From: Octopus sinensis
Taxonomy: Eukaryota
Direction: 5' to 3'
Assembly (NCBI RefSeq): GCF_006345805.1
Contig: NC_042999.1
Span: forward strand, 148,366,001-148,430,000
Length of the DNA: 64,000 nucleotides
In this document: positions 14,454 through 25,606 of the stretch, piece after piece
Layout of the letters: every line of letters begins with the position of its first letter
Position numbering within the stretch: position 1 is the stretch's first letter
Notes under the pieces: generated by a model
The model's database searches: none
What the model saw: only the letters and a program-made list of their open reading frames with translations
Told to the model about the DNA's origin: nothing
Position numbers and translations under genes: made by a program

Positions 14454-14824
14454 GATGGTCTTTTTTTCTCTTTTTTTTTTATGCCAAATAAACACACACA
14501 CTATATACCCGTCCTTCACTTCAGCTTTATTATTGATTTTGTTTTGTCTGAAATCTTTTGTTACACGCCCTGTGACCTCTTCAGTGACTCTCCATCTCAA
14601 GTGTCTCTTCCTGTCCTGTTTAGTCCATTCTAAAAAAGACAGAATGGACTAAACAGGATAGGAGGAGACATGTGGGAAGGAGAGTCACTGAAGAGGTCAC
14701 AGGACATGTGACAAAAGATTTCAGAAAAATGGCACTAAAATAATAATAATAACAACAACAAAGTTGAAGTGAAGAATGAGTATATATACTGAATGTGTTT
14801 ATTTAACAAAAAAAAATGACCATC
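14454..14824. repeat. Foldback palindrome with an 85-bp core stem (14547-14631 / 14641-14725)
   Basis: Manual alignment: 76 of 85 positions complementary, 9-nt loop; looser outer arms. Confidence 0.9.
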
Positions 14825-14928
14825 AACAAAATAAAACAATAATCATTTAAATTGGAATCATTAAATTGGAATCAGTTTGACATTTCGGTAACAAAAAGGG
14901 TCATAAATTTTTTTATTTTTTTATTTAG

Positions 14929-15145
14929 GTCTTGAAGAAGCTGAGGCATCTGGAGTGACTGTTTTCCATGCTGGTACATCTCTCCAAGATGGACAGATAG
15001 TGACTTCAGGTGGTCGAGTTTTGGCAGTGGTAGCTAAAGAAAAAGATTTTCAGTCAGCTTCTGACAAAGCCCAGAAGGGGGCATCTTTGATTAAGTTCAC
15101 TGATGCATTTTATCGAAGGGATATTGGACACAAGATTCTTTCAAG
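14929..15145 (+). CDS. GART: GART exon, end of GARS domain: (G)LEEAEASGVTVFHAGT...TSGGRVLAVVA...FYRRDIGHKILS(R)
   Basis: VFHAGT, TSGGRVL and YRRDIG GARS C-domain motifs; tttag| and |gtaaat (phase 2). Confidence 0.96.
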
Positions 15146-15356
15146 GTAAATTGTCACTTCAGTGAATTTCTGATTTAACAGCTGCACTTTTGCTGCATCC
15201 ACCTATGATTGCAGCAACAACTACTACATAAACAAATATAAAGATAAAATTGTCTGAAGACCAGTTTTTTCCTATTAACATTTTTTTCTCTTTAATTTCT
15301 TTAGGTAAATAGATATTAATGTGAAAATCATACCTTTTTAAAATAGACTGATTGGA

Positions 15357-15362
15357 ATTAAA
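15357..15362 (+). terminator. Candidate intronic polyadenylation signal for a GARS-only transcript
   Basis: ATTAAA about 210 nt into the GARS/AIRS intron, followed by U-rich sequence; an AATAAA also occurs at 15829-15834. Confidence 0.35.
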
Positions 15363-16138
15363 TTTTTAATCAATATTCTACTGAATATTGGAAGAATAAG
15401 CATAATTTCATATGTATCCCTATGTAAGAGTTGAATTGACAGTCATAAGAGCATTTGACAAAATGTTTCATATTTGTTTTGCTTTTTTGCACTCTAAGTT
15501 CAAATCTCAGTGAGGTTAATTTTCTTTCATCCTATCAAGGTCTATAAAAAAATATACTGATCCAGCTTGATGGATTGCAAGAACTGTAAGAATGCTAGAC
15601 CAAATGCCTTTGTGGCTTTTAGCCTTTCCTAGAAACCTTTATGAAAGTAGTGGGGAGTGATTCTATCATTAGTGTATTATCATTAGTCTTTCTGTATTGT
15701 GTAAGTTCTTAATAGACTTAGTTGTCTCCTCTGGATTTGAAACCGCCTCCCTTGCAATGAATGTCTTGGAAAATCTTTTCGTTTTGTATCTCTTACTTAA
15801 TCCTACAAGAAAATAGTTAACTTAGAAAAATAAATTAATAATAATACAAAACAGTAATTACTGTACTATTAATTATGACCAGACTTCGAGGGAGAAATAT
15901 GAGGACTGTGTGGTTCTTGTTTCCAACCTAATTGTCATCATCATCATTGTCTAATGAATCGGGAAATTCAGCATAGCTTTTGTCTAAAGAGATATTTAGT
16001 TTTCTGATTCTCTTTGTTACATATATATTTTTATATAAGCATCTATTTAGTTCATTACATATACACATATCCACATATTTGTACAATAGCTTGTTTCATA
16101 TCCACACATCGCTTTAGTTTGTTGCATATATATAGACA

Positions 16139-16283
16139 CAGGAGTGGCTGTGTGGTAAGTAGCTTGCTCACCAACATCATGGTTCTGGGATTGGTCCCAC
16201 TGCATGGCACTTGGGCAAGTGTCTTCTACTATATCCTTGAGCTGACCAAAGCCTTGGTAGATGGAAACTGAAAGAAGGCCGTC

Positions 16284-16315
<32 letters not shown>

Positions 16316-16473
16316 CCCACTATCGCTTAACAACTGATGTTGGTGTGTTTATGTCCCCGTAACTTAGCGGCTCAGCAAAAGAGACTGATAGAATAAGTTC
16401 TGGGGTTGATTTGTTCGACTAAAGGCAGTGCTTCAGGATGGCCACAGTCAAATGACTGAAACAAATAAAAGAA
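16139..16473 (+). mobile_element. tRNA-derived CORE-like SINE; the Tc1 element starts at its tail
   Basis: Same family consensus; the tail's final TA doubles as the Tc1 TSD. Confidence 0.8.
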
Positions 16474-16475
16474 TA

Positions 16476-17484
16476 AAGGGGTTGGACAAAATAATGCAAA
16501 AACCTTAGAATTTCAAACAAATTTATTTTAATATTGGGTAGGACCACCTTTGGCAGTAATTACAGCTTGAATTCTACAAGGTATGGACTCATACAAAGTT
16601 TGAATTGTTTCCACAGGAATTTTTGTCCATTCATCAGCTAAAACAGTCTCCAGTTCTTGTAGCGATGATGGTGGAGGATATCAATTCCTTGTTTTTCTAA
16701 AATGTACCATAAATGTTCAATAATATCAAGATCTGGGGACTGTGGTGGCCAGATAAGATGTTTAACTTCACTAGAATATTCCTCGTACCATTCAGTAACA
16801 ACTTTAGCTGTGTTAATTGGTGCATTATCATCCTGAAAGATTGTTTCTCTCCGGAAACAGTTCTGCAACTTTATCATGAATTTGATCAGATAAAATGCTT
16901 AAATAGTCATGACTATTAATTCTGCCATGAAGGTAAACCATTGGGCCAGCAGATTTCCAGGATATAGCCCCCACCCCACACCCCAAGTAGTGGTTTTCTG
17001 ATTGCAGCCCTCCCATGAGCAGCTCCCAGTGAACAATTTTTTGTGGAAACTGGGTTCTCAAGGTGGTCATTAAGCTCTGCAGTAATTTTGGGAGCTGTAC
17101 TTTTGTGATCCTTTCTAACAATTCACATAAGAGTCTGACAGTCCCTATCTGAAAGTTTAGGTTTGTTTCAACGAGGAGGTTTTTTCCCTCTTTCTCAAAG
17201 GCTGTCATTACTATTGAGACAGTACTTTTGGCTGTTTTTGTTATGCTAGCGCCTGCCATAGAAGCACCAACAATTTGACCTTTTTGAAAGGCCGATAGAC
17301 ATGTCATTTTAATGAATTTTAATTACCTTTTTTTGATAATATCTGAAAAGAAACAGCAATTTTAGCAAAACACATTAAGCAACATTAATAATAAATCAAA
17401 AAACATAAAAACAAGCTTTTGATGGTTCTATAGATATTTAAAAATTATGATGCTAAGCGTTTCCATTATTTTGTCCAACCCCTC
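16476..17484 (-). mobile_element. Tc1-like DNA transposon, internally deleted, both TIRs present
   Basis: TIRs (a/g)aggggttggacaaaataatg(c/g)aa, each flanked by TA; ORFs MTCLSAFQKGQIVGA... and FQDDNAP...WPPQSPDLDIIEHLW (DD34E C-terminal half). Confidence 0.92.
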
Positions 17485-19772
17485 TATATATACATACACA
17501 TGCATGTGCGTATATATGCTGGTGCTTTTGAAGATTGTAGGAGGTTTGGAGTAAAGTTTTTATTGTCTTCCAGTTTTTCCATATATTGATCATATTAAGC
17601 ATTCACATCATATTAGACATTGTAAACACCTTGAGACAGAAAATGAGATTCTTGTTGTGAGACTTGTCAGTAGGCCTGTTAAACTCTTCCATTGTCAAAT
17701 TGATTCATATAATGTATAATATCATGTACATTAAAATCTTCACTGCCAGTTTGCATGTGTGTGTGTGTGTGTGTGTGTGCATGCTTTTAACTTTCTAATC
17801 ACTGATTTTTCTCATTCACATAAATTAGAATGTTTTATCTTCTATTTTCATATTCGACATCACTAGACGTTATGCTTTTAAGAAAGTTGTATTGTTTCTA
17901 CGTTGTTTTAACATCGCTTTGTCCATGATGCAGAGAAATGCCATCATTCTCCTTTACCACATGTCACTTCACCTGTAAAACACATTTCCAAACCTGACCT
18001 GAACATCTTTTTTTTCTCTCTCTCATGTCATTAGTCTTCTTTTGTCATGGATACATTCTTCTCTTAATGCATGTTATTCAAAGTAGTTTTCACATTATAC
18101 TTGCATATCCAAATCATTTGTATCCTATCTGTGATCCAGTAATTCTAGTTGCAAAATATGAAGTTATGATCTGATAAAATTATGACAAATCTATTATTGA
18201 TTGTTCATCGGCATTCTTTTCTCTCCATTGTTTGTCTGTTATGTAACCTACCCGCTAAAACTGCACATGCTTTGGTCTCGATCACAGGTAGCAAAGGATA
18301 TTAGTTATCTGTATTTAGTATTTTTATTTCAATATTCTCCCAATGTCCCTTACTTCATTGAGTGAATGCACACCCAACAATTCTTGCATAATAAGGTTAT
18401 TTAGGTACTTGTGAATGAATTCATACATAACTAGAAGTATGATATAGTGCATGTATAAAATGAAAATTTATAGTTCATTAAAATATTACATAAAGTGAAA
18501 AATACTGACAATGACTGCTTGAAATTCCAAATCATTTCATCACTAGATACATCTATTTCTTTGTGAACAACTTCATTGACAAAAAAAAATCGCCATAAGT
18601 TCATAGTAAATTAGGAGCAAATAAATTTCTGTATTAAAAGAATATTGTCTTTGTTTTCTTTTTCTTTGATTATCTAATATAATAAATGCAAAAACTAATT
18701 TCTGTGTGTCAGTGTGTCACACTTAGATCCCCCTCTCTCACTATTCAATGACACTCCTATTATTCCTCATGATGGGGTGAGAGTAATAGTAGGCATAGAG
18801 ATAGTGAGGGTGGTGATAAAGACAGGCAGATAGAGAGAGAAAGCGAGACAAAGAAATTTAGGGAGAGTTGATGCTTTATTAAAAGTAGTAGTGTTGATGG
18901 TGGCAGTGGGAGTAATAAAAGAGAAAGAAAGAGGGAGATGATGTACAACTTTGTTTAACCATGTCTGTTTGACAGAAATTTCTGTCACCAACATACTGAA
19001 CACTATCATTTTTGTTTTATTTTTTGCTTTCTTTAATACATGCACATACACACATGTACATATACATCATCATCATCATAATCGTTTAATGTCTGCTTTC
19101 CATGTTAGCATGGGTTGGACAATCTGACTGAAGATTGGCAAACCAGATGGATGCCCTCCCTAACACCAACCACTCCGAGAGTGTAATGGGTGCTTTTACG
19201 TACCACCGGCACGAGGGCCAGTCAGGCTATACTGGCAACAGCCACGCTCAAAGGGTGTTTTTTACGTGCCACTTGCACAGGAGCCAGTCCAGCGGCACTG
19301 GCAACAACCTCACTCTTTTTTTTTTTCACGTGCCAAATACACTTTAATTGAAAGAAGGTTTCTCCAAAATTAAACATATCAAATATAATAAATGAGAATG
19401 TCAGTGTATCACACTTTTTCAACTTTAATAAATCCTTTCTACTGGAAGCACATGGCCTCAAATTTTGGGGGAAGAGATTAAGTCGATTCTATCGACCCCA
19501 GTTCGTAACTGGTACTAATTTTTATCGACCCTGAAAGGATGAAAGGCAAAGACAACCTCGATAGAATTCAAACACAAAATCTAACGGCAGATGAAATACT
19601 GCTAAGCATTTTGCCCAGCATGCTAACAATTCTGCCAGCTCACCACCTTAATATGATAATAATAATATGATAAATGTAAATGTCAGTGTGTCACACTTTT
19701 TCAACTTTACTCCTAAAGGCCGTAGCCCAACATATCATACCATCTATGGTATGATATGTCAGGCTGACTCCT

Positions 19773-20178
19773 CTCTTTTACTCTTTTACTTGTTTCAGTC
19801 ATTTGACTGCGGCCATGCTGGAGCACCGCCTTTAGTCGAGCAACTCGACCCCGGGACTTATTCTTTTTGTAAGCCCAGTACTTATTCTATCGGTCTCTTT
19901 TTGCCGAACCGCTAAGTGACGGGGACGTAAACACACCAGCATCGGTTGTCAAGCAATGCTAGGGGAACAAACACAGACACACAAACACACACACATACAT
20001 ATATATATATACATATATACGACAGGCTTCTTTCAGTTTCTGTCTACCAAATCCACTCACAAGGCATTGGTCGGCCCGGAGCTATAGCAGAAGACACTTG
20101 CCCAAGACGCCACGCAGTGGGATTGAACCCGGAACCATGTGGTTGGTTAGCAAGCTACTTACCACACAGCCACTCCTG
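19773..20178 (-). mobile_element. tRNA-derived CORE-like SINE, young full-length copy
   Basis: Same family; many CpGs retained. Confidence 0.85.
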
Positions 20179-20186
20179 CGCCGTTT

Positions 20187-20640
20187 ACTCTGTGAGTAAA
20201 TGAAAAACATTCCAGGCCGAATCCAGACCCCACAATCCTGAAGTTTTGGATTCCCAAGTTTTCATTACTGTGATTGTTTTCAGTGATTTTCTTTTTTTGG
20301 GGACTTTTTGCAACAAATTTTTTTGTATGATAACTATTTTCATAATCTAAAAACTAACTCTGTGAGTAAATTAAAGACAATCCGGACCTGCAATCCTGAA
20401 ATTTTGGATTCCCAAGTTTTCATTACTGTCATTGTTTTCAGGGATTTTTTTTTACATGACTTTTTGCAACAAATCTTTTTTTGTATGATGATAATTTTTT
20501 AAATCTAAAGGCAAACTCTGTGAGTAAATTAAAAACATTCCAGGTCGAATCTGAACCTGCAATCCTGAAATTTTGGATTCCCAAGTTTTTGTTACTGTGA
20601 TTGTTTTTGGCGATTTGTTTTACATGATTTTTTTGCGATG
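20187..20640. repeat. Tandem repeat of 158-170 bp, about 2.8 units
   Basis: actctgtgagtaaat recurs at 20187, 20357 and 20515; caatcctgaa.ttttggattcccaagtttt in each unit. Confidence 0.9.
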
Positions 20641-20890
20641 AATATGATCATCATTAGGAAATTACTCTGGAGGAAGCAATTGCAACAAATTCTCCAAAAC
20701 AGATCTTTGCAGATCTTCCCATTCAGGGTCAGTTGCTCAAAAACTATATACTAGCTAATGTTATATATGTGTGTGCATATTTAATATATTTCAGAGTTAA
20801 AGGCCTTTGAACTACCTTCACACCTACATTCCATTATGTTATTGAGACATAACTGAAACTTCATCTTTATTCACTGGGATACATCGGAAT

Positions 20891-21274
20891 AATGGAGGTG
20901 CAATGGCCCAGTGGTTAGGGCAGCGGACTCGCGGTCGTAGGATCGCGGTTTCGATTCCCAGACCGGGCGTTGTGAGTGTTTATTGAGCGAAAACACCTAA
21001 AGCTCCTTGAGGCTCCGGCAGGGGATGGTGGTGATCCCTGCTGTACTCTTTCACCACAAATTTCTCTCACTCTTTCTTCCTGTTTCTGTTGTACCTGTAT
21101 TTCAAAGGGCCGGCCTTGTCACTCTCTGTGTCATGCTGAATATCCCCGAGAACTACGTTAAGGGTACACGTGTCTGTGGAGTGCTCAGCCACTTACACGT
21201 TAATTTCACGAGCAGGCTGTTCCGTTGATCGGATCAACCGGAACCCTTGTCGTCGGAACAGACGGAGTGCTTCC
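20891..21274 (+). mobile_element. tRNA-derived SINE (head H1, tail T1)
   Basis: A box tggcccagtgg, B box ggtttcgattccc; perfect 10-bp TSD acatcggaat (20881-20890 and 21275-21284). Confidence 0.9.
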
Positions 21275-21351
21275 ACATCGGAATGGTTTTTACCGTTTCC
21301 AGGCTAGTTGGTAGAATTCATCACTATAATCTAACAAACCTAACTATTTAA

Positions 21352-21573
21352 CCTTTTTGTTACTGTATTTATTTTGAGATGCTCTGTGTTTCTTTCAATT
21401 ACTTTAAAATATAACAAAGAATTTAGTAAAATAACTTAGTTATCATTCAGCCAGTGTTGGGAACATAATTTTGTGATTAAGGTTTGGTGGAAGATTTTAA
21501 TTCGAAACTTATGAAAACAAGACATTTGTACTCAGAGCCGGAGCCGGTTTCAGCTGGGTTGGTAACGAAAGGG
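21352..21573. mobile_element. piggyBac-type MITE, family 1
   Basis: TTAA on both sides; TIR cct(t)ttcgttac / gtaacgaaaggg; homologous to 25387-25606. Confidence 0.8.
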
Positions 21574-24468
21574 TTAAAGTACAATATGTCAGCTATTTAT
21601 AACTGGTACTCTGTCCATTACGATGATGAGGATTCTAGTTGATCCAGTCTATGGAACATCCTACTCGTGAAATTAACGTACAAGTGGCTGAGCACTACAC
21701 ACACACACGCACACACATACATGTACTTTTAATGTAGTTCTCAGAGAAATTCAGCGTGACACAGAATATCACAAGGCTGGCTCTTTGTGAATTACAGTTA
21801 AAACCTGTTTTTTGCCAGCTGAGTGGACTGGAGCAATGTGAAATAAAGTATCTTCTTCAAGGACAACAACACGTGACCAGGAATCAATACTTCCTTGTAC
21901 AGCTGACCTTATGGGGCCAACAAGAGTTTAGTAACTTCTTTTTTTTTTTAGTGCAATGCAGATGACTGAATGCAAATTATCAATTTAGAAGCCAACTTGT
22001 TGATTCAGCTGCTATTTTTGAACTTTTTAAAAACGTAAAACATTTGGCATCCGAGAGTATTGTAGTTCACTTGAAGCATTGTGTATTGTTTGTAAAATAT
22101 GTGTCTTGAATGGCACAACAATAGACTATAATAACTGTTATAATTTAATTATCCATAGTCTAATATAATAGTATTTCAGAATATAAAAATTCCTTCAGAT
22201 ATTGCTAGGAATTGTTCGAGTCAATTTCAGTGGAGGGAGCAAGTTGATTACATCGACCCTTGTACCCAACTGACACCTAGTTTATCAACCCGGAAAGGAT
22301 GAAATGCAAAGTCATCTTTGGTGAAATCTCAACTTGGAACTTAAAAATGGACGAAATGCCACTAAACATTTTGTCCGGTGTGCTAACGATTCTGCCAGTT
22401 CCACTTTAATATTAGTAATATAACGAGGGAAATATAGTCCATTGTTGTTATTATAGGGCATTGTTGTGCCATTCAAGACACATTATATTTTATTTTGACA
22501 TCCATTTTTGCATTGAAAATGCTGGAGTGTAAAAGTAGTTGGTGCTGCCAATGGAAGAGATGGGTATCAGAAGACTTAGCAAGTTCAAAAAGGAATTCAG
22601 ACCTAAAAACTGGATTTTGCAAGGTCTGTCATTAAGGAGTTTACTTTGCAACCACGTGGTTTCAGGTTCAGTCCCTTTATGTGGCACCTTGGGCAAGTGT
22701 CTTCTACTACAATCCTGAATTAACTAACGCCTTGTGAGTGAATTCAGTTGATGGAAACTATAGGAAGCCTGTGATGTGTATGTGTGTTGCATGCACCTAT
22801 AGTTTTGTACCTGGATGTTGACATCTGGTTTTACTTGAGTGAAACAGTAATACATTTACATTCCTTGTTGACATTATAACTGGTTGCTCTGCACCTTTCA
22901 AAGATTTGCGGCATACGAAATCCTTTACTTGAAAGACAGTTAAAGGTTGATAACAGAAAGAGCATCCACCTGTAAAAACCTGCCTCAAATACACTCCCAT
23001 TTAAACCTTCAAACCATGCTAGCATAAAAAAGCAGGTATTGAACAAATGAACGTGAAGAATAATGATGTACTGTTTTAAAGATTTGTCTAACTCATTCAT
23101 ACCAGTGTAGAAAAATTATAAAAGAATAAACTGACAATTTACATTGGGTAGATTTGAAAATTCAAATATTCTACTTGAAGTGTTTAAATTGCTTTAAAGT
23201 TCAATATTTGTGTAAATTTCAATTACTCTGCTCTGAAATTGAAAAGGCTACCGAGTTTTCTCAGTTAGGTGAGATAAGATGAGTAAAATAATGTTTCTTG
23301 CTTGTGAAAACATCAAGAGATAGGATTTCATAACTGTCAAGTTTTCAAACCAATATTATTTGAAAATATTCAAACTTTGGAAAATTTGGTACAGTTGGCC
23401 ATTATATTGCAATCATTTTCAAAATTGTTTAAAATTTTCATATAATGCAACAAGCTTGTTTTTGTAATGCTTCATATAATGATATATATATATATTATAT
23501 TAACCACATAATATTAATTTATATTAATAATGTGTGTCATGTTTTTTTGTTTTTTTTTTAATTAAGTAAACATTGATTTCTTTCTTCATTAGCATCTGTA
23601 TAGAAAATGATGTAAAACAACATAAGGAAGGATGTTTCAACTTGAAAAAGCAAAGCCTTTTTTTTGTTTTTTGTGGTTGTTTTCAATACTAAGATAATTT
23701 GAATAATAGCGATTTTATTTGTATCTTAGAACAGAACTCATTGACACAGATCTTTCAGCAGTGAATTGAAGATTTTCCCTTTAGTATATTACTGAGACTG
23801 AATATGTTTTCTCTATTGACAATAATATTATTAATTGCTAAGTTTTAACTTGTAATCCATAAGGCCCTTTGGTTATACCTTAACTGGAGAAGGCAAAAAG
23901 AGACCATTCATGTGGTCTTTCTACTCTTTTAAGTTTTGTGATATGAACAGATATGCTGTACAGACATTTTTGCCAAGGATTTGCTGATCACTGTCAATGG
24001 TATGATTTATATTATTTGTTGGCAATGAATGGTTGCTCTGTGCTTTTGAAGAACCATAGAATACAAAAGTACCCCTTGATAAAACACTTGAAGTTTGGTG
24101 TCAGGAATGCCTTGAATAAGTCTCTTCCATCCCGTATTAGTGTTGAAAAGCAAATATTAAATAAGTTTTTCCCCAGTAATAAACATGTCTTGTGTTGAAT
24201 TCTTGTAAGTATGCAAATCTGGAAATATTAGGATAATTTTGATTTATATTTCATGGGATCATAAACTTGGACATTATTTTTAATCATGAAGGTGCACTGT
24301 AGATTGGGCCTTTTGCTGCCATGAGCCTAAAAACTATATACTTGTTTAGAATGAATAATATGTGCAAGCATTGTATTACTCTGCCTTTCCTTTCACTATA
24401 AAAACATATTTCTCAGAAGTTTTTTTAATGAAGAAGCTTAAAGGTTAAAACACATTGTTACGTTTCAG

Positions 24469-24694
24469 GGGTGTCCAGAACTTTAATAGTCTGTCCTATA
24501 AAGCAGCTGGTGTTGATATTACTGCTGGAAATTCTCTTGTTGAGTTAATCAAGCCGTTGGCTAAGGCTACCCAAAGGGAAGGCTGTGAAGCTGCATTGGG
24601 CTCCTTTGGTGCTATATTCAACCTACATCAAGCAAAGTACACAGAGGAACCTTTACTTGTGTCAGGTACAGATGGTGTTGGGACAAAGCTCAAG
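24469..24694 (+). CDS. GART: GART exon, start of AIRS (PurM) domain: ...[27 protein letters not shown]...[13 protein letters not shown]
   Basis: YKAAGVDI and [10 protein letters not shown] PurM motifs; ttcag| and |gtatgt. Confidence 0.97.
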
Positions 24695-25386
24695 GTATGT
24701 CTACTTGCTTATTATTTAAAAAAAAATTTGTACTTTTTCCTGCAAGTGAATTTCAAATGGCATTGGAGATATTACGAGTAGCATTGCAAAAGAACTAGAA
24801 GTTGTAATTTGGTTAGTGTTGACATATTTAATGTACTGGGCATGACAACTCTAACTCACAATACTTATGTTGTGAAGCAAAGACATTCATTCAATGTCTA
24901 ATAGTATTAGCAAATCAGAGCTAGAATTCTGAACATGTTTTGATTTTATTAAAATGCTTCAGTGAACCTTAGACATCACCATACTTGTTAAAATATTAAT
25001 GTGTGAATCACGAGTTGCATATACAATATTGTACATGCAAAGGGCTAAAAAAATTTGCATATTTCAAAAGAAAATTGAGATTAGCTTTAAAATGTTAATC
25101 CTAGCTTAACTCTTGGTTTTCATGCTTATGGTGTTTTTGAGTAATTAACCTCAGTGGGTAGGATTTCTTTCTTTTTTTCTTTTTTTTTTTTTTTTTTTTT
25201 AGGAATATAGATCTGCTGTAGCCTTGAAATTTGTATTTCTACCAAGCAGTATGTGCACATGAGTTTTATACATATGTATACATTTAACTTTGTGTAAATA
25301 GACAACATGGTAAGATAACAAAGTCCTCTCAATGGAATCTAAGCAAAGGAGACTTTATAAACAACTTTAGGTCCAACACTCTTTAA

Positions 25387-25606
25387 TCCTTTCGTTACTG
25401 TATTTATCTTGAGATGCTCTGTGTTTCTTTCAGTTACTTTAAATATAAGAAAGAATTTAGTAAAATAACTCAGTTATCATTAAGCTAGTGTCAGGAACAT
25501 GAATTGTGACTAAGGTTTGGTGGAAGATTTTAATTGAAAACTTATGAAAACAAGACATTTGTATTCAGAACCAGAGCCGGTTTCAGCCAGGTTGGTAACG
25601 AAAGGG
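25387..25606. mobile_element. piggyBac-type MITE, family 1, second copy
   Basis: TTAA TSD at 25383-25386 and 25607-25610; same internal sequence as 21352-21573. Confidence 0.8.

Noticed and set aside
23935-23995. Possible C/D-box snoRNA (tgtgatatga ... ctga)
   Set aside because: The C box is non-canonical, the spacing is short, and I could recognise no antisense guide.
15146-24468. Nested gene in the longest GART intron, by analogy to Drosophila Pcp
   Set aside because: No recognisable non-transposon coding exons were found on either strand by eye; very small exons cannot be excluded.
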